The notes under the pieces are model-generated. The model was not told where the DNA came from, did no database searches, and saw nothing but the letters and a program-made list of their open reading frames with translations. From Paragordius varius (lineage: Eukaryota > Animalia > Nematomorpha): 64,000 nt of DNA. The DNA lies in the NCBI GenBank assembly GCA_964247055.1, contig OZ176053.1, positions 12,338,001-12,402,000 of the forward strand, in the 5' to 3' direction. The translations under genes were made by a program, and so were the position numbers. Below, one piece after another: positions 26,801 to 39,176 of this stretch (position 1 is the first letter of the stretch; each line of letters begins with the position of its first letter).

Positions 26801-29800
26801 TATTCCATCCATATTTATAAATTATAAAAGAAAAAACTTTTTTTTACTAACACATTGTAAAAAGGTGGTAGAATTTATTATTTTTTACCTGTAAAATTTA
26901 ACAAAAATACACAGACACGAAAACCAAACATGATTGTAGAATATATACTGTTATATCTCTCCTCCGCAAAGTGTAAGCTATAAAATGTGTTTTTCTTCAA
27001 TATTGTAGTGTTAAATAACAATATATATATATATATATATATATTAAAGGGCAACGATCTAACACAATTTTGGTGCAAATTAATTATTATAAAACCTACA
27101 ACCGTTTTTTTAATGTGTTTTGTGTTAAGTGTGGTACATTTTAAAAATTGAAAAATGAGCTTAAATTTGAAATAGTTTAATTATTTTATGTGCTGGTTCT
27201 TAAATATATAATATTTTATCTAGGGTTTTTTCAGACGAAGCATTCAACAAAAAATACAGTATAGACCGTGTCTCAAAAACCAGCAATGTAGTATCCTTCG
27301 AATAAACCGAAATCGATGTCAGTATTGTCGGTTAAAGAAGTGTATAGCTGTAGGCATGTCACGAGATGGTATATCATACATCTAAAAATTAACAAATTAC
27401 TTTTACTAGTGAAACTAATGGGTTAAATATATATTAGCGAATTCTAAAATATTCATTAATTGAGAGTCCTTATCTGATATATAATGATTAAAAATTTTTC
27501 GACTCTTATTTATTCAATCATATCAACCTTGATTTATATCATACAAATTTATAGAATCTTCAAAAGAATTAGGGATTTAAGGCAGGGTTGTCCAACACAA
27601 ATGGCGTGGCGGGTCCCATTTCAACTTAATATGGACATTCATTATAAGGTTTCAGTAAGACTGTAGAATGCAAACACGATATAACAATTTCTTCTAATTC
27701 TTGCCAATTATATAGACATATTTAGAAAACATGCGAAAAAATATCAATTTTACAAATTGTGAACTTTATTGAGTTTCAAAATTTGCAGGCCGCACATCAA
27801 GTATCGGAGAGTTTCATGTTGGACACCCCTAATTTAAGATATCTAATTTTTTATTTTAACCCGAATAGTAAGCATTACTGTTACAAAAAAATTAAACACA
27901 CAGACAACTCTTGATTTTTTAATATGGTGTAGCTGTTCGCTTTGGTCGTGTCCCTAAACGAGAAAAGGCCAAAATTTTGGCCGAAATGTGCCGAGTCATA
28001 AATTCAAAATCCTCTTCCACTACTGCCAACAGTGCGAACCACGAGTCGGCGAACAACATGAATTATACTCATAGTACAAACGGTGTGATGAATATTGTTA
28101 ACAAAAATATACCGCAAACTTTTATGGATGATGGTACCACCTCCTCAATAGATGTGGACAAAACGATGTTAAATGCGAAAAATAATTCGCCTGAATTATT
28201 ATTTGATAATCCCAGACAACAGGGAAATTATCAACAGCCTTCGGTCGGCCATCAAAGATTTACTGAAATTCTAAACTTGATTTATAATGCATATGTTCAC
28301 ACCAATCTTAACGAATACATTTCCAGTTTGAATTTAACGAAAGAAAGGATCCCCTATAAAGTAATAATAATAATATCGATTCTTAGTTAGTTAAAAATTT
28401 TACGTCCAATTTTAAGTAAAGGATGTATTATTTGATTTACAATATCTATTTAATATTCCACTTTGATATTATTATAGACTTGTCCGATAAGTCTATTTTT
28501 CTGTGAAAGCATGAAAGACTCAGCCGGAACATCGATTTCTAACGCAAATTTTACGAAAGCCATCCACCAAATAGTTGAATTTGCCAAACAGATTCCAGGG
28601 TTCATTACGCTAGATCAGGAAGATCAAATCACATTATTAAAAGTATGGCGAAAAGTTTTTATCTCAAAAATTTTACCATTCCTTTCGTGAATTTATACAT
28701 AATATTTTGTCATTTTTTAGACCGGTGTTTTTGAGGTATTATTGATTCGACTCAGCAAACGCTTAAATCCAAATCAAATACAAATGGTAAATTTTATATT
28801 TTAATTATTATTATAATAAAACATGTTAAAATTACATACAACCAACTCATTGATAAAACAGTTGATATCAAATTACACGACGGCTTTTGTCTCAACGGCC
28901 CTCAATGAATCATATATGGGATTGAATCAACTTTTATTCACTATACTGCACAATTTCGTTCATCAAGCCAATGAAACACCACAAAATGATATAGAAACTG
29001 CGCTTTTATGTTGCCTTATTCTTGTCACTCCTGGTTTATATATATTTATAATAGCGCATGCATAGCGAAAATACAGTAAAAACAAAATACATTCGATAAA
29101 TTTGAAATTGAAATGATATTTTTGAATCAGTAAATATAATTTTAAGGGTGTGTGCCTTATAGACAAAATATAATTTAACTATTATTCATTAAGATATAGG
29201 TGTAAACTAATTTAATTATACACATATTTCTTAGAACGTATTGGTATAAAGTATCCGGATCAAGTTTTGAGGCTTCAATCTGAACTGATTCAACTTAGCA
29301 AATGGTTTTTTGTAACTTGTCAACCACCTGTTAATAGCACTAATGAAATGGCTAACGTTACACCATTCGATAGTTTTACCCATAAGATCGGAGAAATAAG
29401 GCGTGTCAATTCACTTCACTCAAAACTTTTATGCTTTAAAAATAATGAAGCACATGTGCCTATGGAAAATCGCATACCATCTTTAGACATGGTAAAAATT
29501 TGATCCTAAAAAACGGTGTAAATTAATATGCGACTATAAATTTCTATATAACCGTTTTATTGTTTTTAGGCAAACGATATGGATTCGAAACAAGCACCGA
29601 ATGTGACAGACCCATATGGTAAAATGTCTGTACTACGGAGTTTTCTCAAAAAAGATACCAACTCTCTGCAAAATTTAAATGTGACGATGAATGAAACGGA
29701 CATTGTTAAAACGCCCCAAACATTTCATAATTGTTACTCTTCTCCTGTTAATGTTGTTACATCTCCTAACAATATCAACAAGGGGAGTAGCAATGATGTA

Positions 29801-30454
29801 TGTAAAGGGAAATCTTATAGTAATATGGTTGCATTTAACGCAAACCAACAAAATTTCCTACTGCCAAAACAAAATGCGATCTTGAGTGCATTTTTATCCT
29901 CTATCGGATCTCATCATTTAAAACCGTCTTGCACATCTAACTCAATAAATATTCCATTGGTAATAGATTCTGTTAAAAATGATAAAGGCACAACAAGCCC
30001 TGAGAAGTTTAGTTTAACTGACAACATAAAAGATGTACCCAAGTTACCAAGGCGATGTAAATCCTCTTCTCATATCATTGATAAATATGGACGTCTAAAT
30101 AACAACTTACCCAAAACTAAAAGAAAACTTAATTCCCCTATGAACATGGAACAACCCAATAGTCCTATTAATGCGAAAAAAGTAAAAAAGGCTGCATCGC
30201 CAAATTATATTAATTCAACCAAGAAAGAAATGATCGCAAAATGGTTGAAATCATCTGTATATACCATGGATTTAGGGTTAAACCAAAAAGATAGTCAAAC
30301 TCCCAACGGTTTAACCAATAAAGCACAACAACAAGCTTATCCTATTGATGGATATGGCGAACGTAAAAGTATGTTATTGCATGTTATAGAACACGAAACT
30401 AACTTATTACTCAATGAAAATCAACCGCTGGATCTTTCTAGAAAAAAGCGTTAG
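23832..30454 (+). CDS. E75: Nuclear receptor E75 / NR1D (Rev-erb) family, 10 exons, about 1238 aa
   Basis: Exons 23832-25143, 25385-25582, 26280-26368, 27224-27368, 27933-28360, 28478-28642, 28721-28786, 28862-29033, 29235-29491, 29570-30454, all in phase. The [93 protein letters not shown] is nearly identical to E75. The LBD contains [11 protein letters not shown]...DQITLLK and [10 protein letters not shown]. The first-exon start is uncertain. Confidence 0.9.
27583..27831. mobile_element. hAT-type MITE in E75 intron 4
   Basis: TIRs CAGGGTTGTCCAAC / GTTGGACACCCCTA with an 8-bp TSD ATTTAAGG / ATTTAAGA. A sister copy is at 55769. Confidence 0.8.
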
Positions 30455-30587
30455 AATGATTTTAATTACAAGCACACCCACATTTCTATAAGGCGTGGTG
30501 TGTCCTGTTCCTACTTTTTTTATTAATGATTGATCTCTATTGTATTTACTCAAATTATAATAATACTGAGGGGAAAATTGGTACCCT

Positions 30588-30590
<3 letters not shown>

Positions 30591-30628
<38 letters not shown>
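30591..30628. repeat. (CA)14(TA)n compound microsatellite downstream of the E75 stop
   Basis: Read directly from the sequence. Confidence 0.9.
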
Positions 30629-30631
<3 letters not shown>

Positions 30632-31429
30632 TGGTATAATTTTTATTAAATATTGTATATATTGCATTTAAGCCAAATCAACCCAAAAGTATTACTTTTT
30701 CCTAATATATATTCAATGTATTTATTTAAATGGAAAAGTCATTTATTGGAGACTTTTAGCTGATTGGGATTGGATTTCTTATCTTTATATATAATAAAAT
30801 ATATTTTCAATCAAGTATAATCAACCCTATTAACCATTTAAAGTCAACAAATATTTTTTAAAAAAATATCTTTCAATGTTAAAGTATCAAATATAAAATT
30901 GGTATTAATTTACATTTAAAATGGTTTTTGTAGATGTTTAAAATATTTATATAGCAAAAGAAAAAACAGTATTTAAATCTAATGTCCCAATCAGCCCAAG
31001 TAAACTTTCAAGTGACATTAAATATTATATGATAAAAAATTGTCGATTTTTTGGGTCTTATAACAAGGGAATATGAATATACATTTATCTATCTTTTGTG
31101 CATTTATTTTGTGATTTCTTCTAACTTATGAAATATTTTATATTTATTATGATACATAAGTGGAATGAATACATTTTTTGTATATATAATCATGAATGAT
31201 TTTTAATTAATTGATATTATATAATTTATGATGTGTTGAAACTTACTTTTTTTATTGCTTAAATTTGTATTTTGATTTGATTCCGATAACACCCATATTA
31301 ACGCAATCCTACAAAAGTATTATTTTTTGATTTTACATTTATGTTTTTGATCTGATTAAAATATAAATATATATTTTATATTGATTAATGGCAATTGATT
31401 ATGTAGTTTATACCTTCCAGTTTGTTCAA

Positions 31430-31745
31430 TTATTGGTAGCAGCTGTTGTAACAATTTGATTGCTATGGTTTGATTTTCGATTCATCCTCTATTCCTCCTC
31501 TACTTTACCTGTTATAAGCTCTTAAACTTTTAAATCCTGATATTATTCTCGAGGAAGGAGTTTATATTACAGCATGAGCAAATGTATATGGCTAGTTTTT
31601 TATTAAATATTGCCAAATGGCATATAGTAGAAAGAGCATTATTGACTAATGGCTGTAGAAAGCGAAAGAAATGAAAGCTTGCCAATATATTACCATTCGA
31701 CGTATATGCTATCTGGCAATAATTAATGAAAAACTAGCAGCGTCT
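31430..31745 (-). mobile_element. Highly decayed LINE 3' fragment (RTE-like)
   Basis: The minus strand reads LITGKVEEE*RMNRK, resembling the IxxGKVEGKRGRGR tail of RTE ORFs. There are many stops. Confidence 0.3.
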
Positions 31746-31750
31746 ATTTA

Positions 31751-31977
31751 CAGTCATGTATCCTTTATTTTATCAAAAATTTATTTTCTTTCGTTAAATG
31801 GGTATAATTTATTTGGTAAAGAATGGAAAAAACAAGAGCTCTATGGTATTAACAATATCATATTCAAAAAAGTATAGAATTACCATAGAGCTCCTGTTTT
31901 TTCCATTCTTTACCAAATATTTATGCCCATTTAACGAAAAAAAATAAATTTTTGATAAAATAACGGATACATGACTG
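31751..31977. mobile_element. Tc1/mariner-type MITE, near-perfect hairpin
   Basis: TA|CAGTCATGTATCC...GGATACATGACTG|TA, with about 97-bp inverted arms around a short spacer. Confidence 0.8.
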
Positions 31978-32919
31978 TACTCATACTGTATCAAAAAATA
32001 TGGTGGGTTTAACTTTATTAATATTTTAATTTTAAAATCTTTTCAATTATTTTTCTCTTGCTCCAAACTTGGAAGCATTAATATACTCTTCATTGTTGTC
32101 CAAAGTTTGACTATTTTGATTTTTAGTTTAATTATGTCACATGATCACCATATTTTGTTGTACTCATAATTTTTGCATCCCTATTGCTATTCTTCGATGT
32201 CTAGATCAAATGGGATTGAATTAAATTAAATACACACCCAATCATGCAGATAAGAGGAATTATAATAATTGATAGTCTATTATATGTTGTATAACGAGAT
32301 TTGCCAATATTACCAAGTTTTTGTACGGTGGGTTTGTGGGAAAAAAATAATAATGTACCATGTTGACATTGGCCGTGTAGAGAATAAAGAAAATTCATAT
32401 TCATTTATAAATGCGTCGACTATAATCTGATCAATTTGAGTTAACTCCTCAGTTAAGCCCCACCCCATGTGAAAATATGTGTTATATATATACAAGTCCC
32501 TAAAACTCGTGTCTTATGAGACATTTTCTGGAAAAAGTTTAGGCCATGCAAATTCAATCATATCTTTTTTCAGGAATTCATATCGTCGGTTACTTTTTTG
32601 AATTAGCCTCTGTATTTAACGATTTACGCATAAAAAACATTTTTCCCCCAATAGACCAATTAATATCAATCATAGTTCATGTCTCTTGTAAAAAAAATAA
32701 ATTAAGGTTAAGTTTTTTAAATTGATCTATGGGTAAGGCCATTTGGAAAATGGACAAGTTTTCTTTAATTTTAACACAATAATGAGAGCTAAATAATAAT
32801 ATCAAAAAAATTCTAAAAAATGGATATTATGCTTGAAATTTTAATTTGTGGCCAAATTTTGTTGAAGCGATTTTTATGATTGTTTTAACCATAGTGGAAA
32901 CGATATAGAACACTTGAAA

Positions 32920-33187
32920 CAGTGGTTCCCAACAGGGGCCGTAGAAAAATCTAAGGGGGGCGCGAAAATTTTGAGAATATGTTTAAAAAATAAAAGATTT
33001 CAGGTGCAAATTACCAAGATTTGTCATACATATAAAAAATATTTTAAAAATTGCAAGTGCAAGGTTCTCATTGATTGGAATTTTTATATTATAATAAATT
33101 TTACATTTATCTTGGATTAATTAAAACGGGGGCGTGAGGGTTTTTTCAATTTTGTGGGGCGTGAACAAAAAAAGTTGGAAACCACTG
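32920..33187. mobile_element. hAT-type MITE
   Basis: TIRs CAGTGGTTCCCAAC / GTTGGAAACCACTG. Flanks CTTGAAAC / CTTAAAAC resemble an 8-bp TSD, with a one-base overlap ambiguity. Internal GGGGCGYGA motifs. Confidence 0.75.
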
Positions 33188-34386
33188 CTTAAAACATCAT
33201 AAAAACACATTTTCATAATACAATACACCGTTTTATGTGAAGTATCTTAAAGCCCGAATCAATTAAATTTTGCCATAAATTAAATTTGAAGGCAATTTAA
33301 TTCTTTTTTTCAAATAAACATCATTTGTGTCACAAATTAGCATATATATTTCAAAATTTCTAACGCCCTTCTTCGGAATTATTAAATTTATTTTAATTAT
33401 AATACCATTTTAGAGGGGTCTTAAAATTGGGTCTTTTAAATTATATAAAATCATGAAATTTTTAGTGACGTTTTTAGAAATGAAGCATTAAGCTTTCACT
33501 CAAAAAGTTTATGCCAAGTTTTGCGTTCCGATATGAAGACTTTATCACAAAATTGTATAAAATGATCCCACTGAAAATATAATCAGATAAAACTAATGTA
33601 ACGATTATCATGGTGCTTTTTGGGCCATATGAGGTCTGCAACCAAGTCACTATCACTTTTGGCTAATTTCTTCATATCAATGGAAAAGTTTGATCATATT
33701 TTGTTAATAAATTTTATCTGGTAAACAATAAATGCTTCATTCCAAATAATATCACTAAGATATATCATAATCTATATAAGAATAACATGATTTTTATAAA
33801 AAATTGAATTTTAGGTGGACCCTAAGAGTCTCAGACCCGTCCAAAAGGACAAGTTCTCTCAAATAAAAGGCCGAAATCAAGATTTTTGAAGAAACCCTAA
33901 GTTTTGATATCAAATAAAATTTAATCGAAAAAAATAGTATTTTGCTTTAAAAATTAATTTATGGCAAATTTTTGGTGAAGCGAGTTTTATGGTATTTTGA
34001 AGCATCGTGGCAATGGTATAAAATTTAAAATATTATTAAAAAACTTTTTTTATAATTTCACAGTGTACAAAAATACCATGATGAATATGTATGTATTTCG
34101 GATATATATGTGGTTTCACTGTGTAATTACACCCTTTAAAACACCTTTCAGAACCTTAAAAAATGTATGAACCAAAGTTCTAACTTTTTTTAAAATTTTA
34201 TTAGATCAAAATTCTCTCGATCTATTTAAATATTTATTCTAAATATTCGGCAAAATTCCTTGTTACATATCTAATAAATAAAGTACTCAATTAATGATGA
34301 AAGTTTTACAAATTTATCCTCTTATATCATGAATATTACTAATAAATTTTTTTCTGTCGATTTTCGACTGATCTCATATGTAATTT

Positions 34387-34824
34387 ATGAAAACAGCTGC
34401 CGAGCTCAGAGACGAATTTATTTGGTCAGTCAAAAACGGTGATATAGAGAGAGTTAAACATTTTATTAAATCAGAGGTTTGTTTTTAATTAAGTTTAGTT
34501 TGGTGTTAATGAAGATTTAAAAGGGCGTTTACCCATTCATTATGCTGCCGACTTTGGACAAGAAAATATTGTAAAATATTTAATCGAGAATGGATCAGAT
34601 ATAGATGTATGTAAATTTTACATTTTAGGCATACGATAAACATGGAATATCTCCATTGTTAGCGGCTACTTGGGAAGGCCACACAAATATTGTTAAAATT
34701 TTACTGGAAAACGTAAAATTTAAATAAATTTTAGGGTGCTAATAAAAACGTTTTGTCACCGCAAGGTTCCACATTGGTCGATTGTGCTGACAAAATGGAT
34801 ATTAAACAATTGTTAAAATCCTAA
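34387..34824 (+). CDS. MTPN: Myotrophin (V-1) ankyrin-repeat protein, 4 exons, 123 aa
   Basis: Exons 34387-34476, 34499-34606, 34629-34712, 34735-34824, separated by three 22-nt phase-0 GT-AG introns. Product: MKTAAELRDEFIWSVKNGDIERVKHFIKSE-FGVNEDLKGRLPIHYAADFGQENIVKYLIENGSDID-AYDKHGISPLLAATWEGHTNIVKILLEN-GANKNVLSPQGSTLVDCADKMDIKQLLKS. Confidence 0.93.
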
Positions 34825-35124
34825 AAAATTATGTGATAGTGATGCATTTATTTTTTTATACAATATTTATTAAATAAATTATTTTTATATTATATGATAT
34901 TTCTTTATATTTTTTAATACATATATAATAACCTGTTGGATTTTATCTTCCTATCTTTAAGGATGCGTAGGACTTTTAAGGCTCTTATCGAAAATCGATA
35001 ATTTAGGTAGTTTGTGTGTGATATATTCAAATTTATTTTTTCATCTCCCTATATAGTAATGCTACTCCCTTAGATTTCGAGTATTCAAATTACTTATGTA
35101 AATTTTATAATTTAATAATCATTA

Positions 35125-38100
35125 ATGGGTATTTTATTACGGGCCAGTGGCTTAAGTTTAATGAAAAATTTGTTGTATCTCATAATCATTTTATCATATA
35201 TTGGTTTACTATCCTTTTCCAAAACTACAAACGATGATTTTTCCTTGGAATTGCGAATTCCATCGTTTACGGCTGAACACGTAAGTTAAAAACGCTTTTA
35301 ATCTAAAACATTTAGGCTAATATGTATATGTGCCATGGAATCAAAATCAATTACTTCGAACCACTCTACATAAGTATTTTTATTGGCATAAATGATTAAA
35401 TTTAATAGCTAAATTTGTTGCGATCGATGAAACCCATAATGCTCATCATATCCTTCTTTATGGATGTGAAGAACCGGGTTATCCTCTCCAAGATTCTGAA
35501 AATATTTGGTAATTTTTATGTTAACTTTATTTAAAAAAACTTTTACCCATACATTTTATCTTTTAATAAACAGTATCATAATAGATTTCTCAAAAACAAT
35601 TGTTTTTGATTGTTATTGCTGGACGCAAGATTGTTATTATTTCATTTTTATTTTGTTGAAAGTGTAAAATGTAACATATAAACAGCCATTAAAACTTTAT
35701 AATATTTTGGTATGTTTTGCCAAAACTTGCTTATATTTAGTGATTTTTTTTTAATAATTTCAAATTTAATATTTAATGCCATCCTTTTTGGATGGGTTCT
35801 TATCAGTTTTTAATCATATAAACAAAGATTTTAGCTGACTTTATTTAATTTTGTCTAATCAAATGCTCCAATTTTATGAATCGATTTACTTAATTGAAAA
35901 TTATTGAGCATTTAAGACGCTGTATCTGAATTCCATTCCTTTGTTCCAAATGCAGTTTATTAAATCTTTTTTTATTTGATATGACTTTATAAGTTTAAGT
36001 TAAGCGGTCTTAATTGAAAGTTAGCCGATGTGAGCCCCTCATTATTTTATGATTAAAGTTTTAATGTCAATTTTTTAGGCCCTGCGGAGAAATGACTAAA
36101 AGCGATGAAATACATTACCCAATTTGCAAAAAATCACCAAAGATTATATATGCTTGGGCTAATATGGCACCTGAATTAAATTTACCACCAAGTAAGCAAT
36201 ACCTAATAATTACGATTTTAGTGTTTTTGCCCGTTTTTTAAGGTTTAATGAGACATCGATGTAAAAATTAAATGCAATATATTCTATATAATAATAGACA
36301 CTGGATTTAAAATTGGTCCTGGCACAAAAGTCAATTCCCTAGTTATGCAAGTCCATTATCTGAAGCCAAGTATTTGAGATAATATCTAACTTAACTACCA
36401 TTTAGGTAAAAGCGAAGATAATTCTGGCATTAGGATGCAATTGACAGATAAATTGTATGTATCTTCCTTTATTAAAATGTTATTTAATTATTGTTTTATT
36501 TTCGTTTTAGCTTGCCCCAAGAAGCCGGTATCTATTTGCTGTTAACTGGTGGCTTTATATTACCTAATTCTTATGGTATATTAAATTTATTTATTTAAAT
36601 ATAATTACCGGTTCTGAATTAATGCTAAAATATACCCATTATAAATTGATTTATAAAATAAATCTCCCATAAATTTGTTGTCTGTAGTACAATGAATAAA
36701 TAGTTAATCGACAATTTCTAATGATATGTGAAAACCTCCAATATTAGTTACAGTTTTTAGATCTCTTCGAAACTTTATCATTTGGCGATATTAATTTTGT
36801 ATGTATCCCAACGTTATTTGGGTATTGCAGTCTATAATGGTACAGTTAAGTTAAACAAAGTTACTAGAATACTACATGCATCGCGTACTTTAATATTTGA
36901 TCCAATTTTAAAATCTATTCCCTTTAATATAATATATTAAGGATAATAATTGTGTGAAAAATTAGGGCATTGTGTCATTTTTTATATTATAGTAAAAAAA
37001 ATAACGCTTATGAAACTCCATAATTTTTTTGAAAAAAAAAACAGATCAAAGAGGGATATTTCAATTTTTGTGCATCCTTGCAAATGGGACTTTTTAATCA
37101 TAGATATATTTTTAATTCTAAGCTTACACATCTATTTCCACAAAGAGAGCTATTATTGGCCATTTCAGTTAAATGAAAGGGTATTTACTTTTTTCATTTT
37201 TATGAGTTACGATTTTGAAAAAAAGTACAGTGAATAATTAAATATGTAACTAATAAAATCATAAATCTGATACATGGCATGTATATTTAATCCCCTACTA
37301 TTCATTAAAATTTATCGATAATAGCTCTCGTTACTGTATTCATAGAGATTACTAAATCATTTATTATAGATGCCTATTTATGCGCACAATTTATCCAAAA
37401 AAATATTCTTTTTTTACAAATAGTTGTTAAACTAGCACAAAAGACGCTTAACTGTAATATCATAAAAATATTAAAAGTATAAATACTTACCATAAGGTAC
37501 ATTTAACAAAATGTTTATTATGTAAAAATATTTTTTCTTAAAACCTTATTTTAGAATCGATGGAAGCAGCTTGTTCCATAGACCTTGATGTCAAAATTCA
37601 TCCTTTCGCTTTTCGGGCCCATACCCATAAATATGGGTATTTAGTTTCGGGCTATGTCGTTAAAAACGGACAATGGATAAAGTTGGGTGAAATATCGCCT
37701 CAATTGGAACAAGTCATTTTAACCAACTAAATTTTAGATGTTTTATCCAGTCAAAAATCAAGTTACCATTGAAAAAAATGATATTTTGGTATGATACATT
37801 TAATTTAAATTTCATCTTTTATGCTTAATGCCCAGCAATCGTTTAACAAAATAGTTATTTTTGACCTAAAAGGCGTGATGGTATAGTAGGTAGGGGGCCG
37901 GACTTAAACTCTGCGTGCCAGAGTTCGAACCACAAAACTACGCAATTTTTCCATCATCACTGTCAGCCCTGGGCAGGCGAGTGTTAAAGCCTTCACATGT
38001 CCGGATACAAATTTAAGTCCTTAACCTTTAATAAAAAAAGGAAAAAGGAGACTCTAACTGTATATTTTATTTTGAACTAAATTTATCATTTATTTTATAG

Positions 38101-39176
38101 GCTGCCCGATGTCTCATGAACAACACAAGCCCAAACATTGTGTTTATAGGGTATAATTTATATTTAACTTTTATTTTATTCAACGAGCATATGAAAGCAA
38201 GGGTAGTGTGTTTATAATAACGAGTATACATGGTCATATGATCTTTAGATTTACAGAATTAAAATATTTATTTTTTTGTGATAACTAAATCATCAATTGA
38301 TTTGGTTTACAGTCAAACCTAACCTTTTTGTCGTAAAAGAACAATGTTTCGTAGGATGTTTTAAAGGTTTTTAATATTAGAAGGCAACCTAATTTACAGT
38401 ATTATATAATTCATTAAATATGTATTCGATCCTTTAAAAATGAGAAATAACCGTAGTATGCATCATTAAATTATTATATACCGCCTTTTCCACCAATTTA
38501 AGAAATTTAATATTTTTAGGCCCACTGATGATGATGAAATGTGTAACTTTTACCTCATGTACTATTTCCAAGTCGACCGCTATAAACCCAATCAGGAATC
38601 TTTATTGGGTCAACAACAATGTTTCACACCGGGGCCTCCGTATTGGAGTTGGAATAGCTCAAAATCTTTTACAGATTCGCACAATTATTACAGTAAAAAT
38701 TAAAATTATGATAAAGACAAAGCGTAAAAACTAAGACAAATATTTTTTATCAAAGGACAACCATATTTTCTAACCTTAATAAAAAAAATTATTCATCGTT
38801 TTTGGTTGCAAAATATGGATATATATTTAAATTGTAATTATATAGTTTATGTAGGAAAAAATAGGGTTAAAAAAATATTTGTCCATTGATTTTACGTTTT
38901 GTCCGTATAATATTCATGTTTATTTATTTTAAAAAAATATTAACGAAAATACCCGTTACAAAAAGAGAATTAATATTTATCATATTGCATATGATTTCTA
39001 AATATATAAATGATCCAAAAAATTTTTATAAACCAGCAATTTTAAATTTATTTTGATGCACAAATTAATTTTTTGTAATATGATGATTGTATAATTACAA
39101 TATAGGTTCGTATCAAACAAATAACTACAACAATGATAATTTACTAATAAATGAAATTGAAGATGAAGAAGACTAA
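35125..39176 (+). CDS. PHM: Peptidylglycine alpha-hydroxylating monooxygenase (monofunctional PHM), 11-12 exons
   Basis: Exons 35125-35280, 35316-35373, 35409-35508, 36079-36191, 36298-36369, 36406-36454, 36511-36575, 37555-37712, 37738-37788, 38101-38150, then 38520-38703 (stop) or 38520-38692 plus 39106-39176. Hydrophobic N-terminal signal-like segment. Copper-ligand motifs AHHILLYGC, QVHY, FRAHTH and EMCNFY are present. Confidence 0.9.
37872..38045 (+). mobile_element. tRNA-derived SINE-like insertion in PHM intron 9
   Basis: A-box-like TGGTATAGTAGG, B-box-like GAGTTCGAACC and a degenerate cloverleaf, followed by an unrelated GC-richer body and an A-rich tail. Confidence 0.55.

Noticed and set aside
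35281-36405. Apparent bimodal intron length (22 versus 35 nt)
   Set aside because: After adding the PSMA1 introns (27, 31, 31 nt) the short class looks continuous from 22 to 36 nt, and the sample is too small to claim two peaks.
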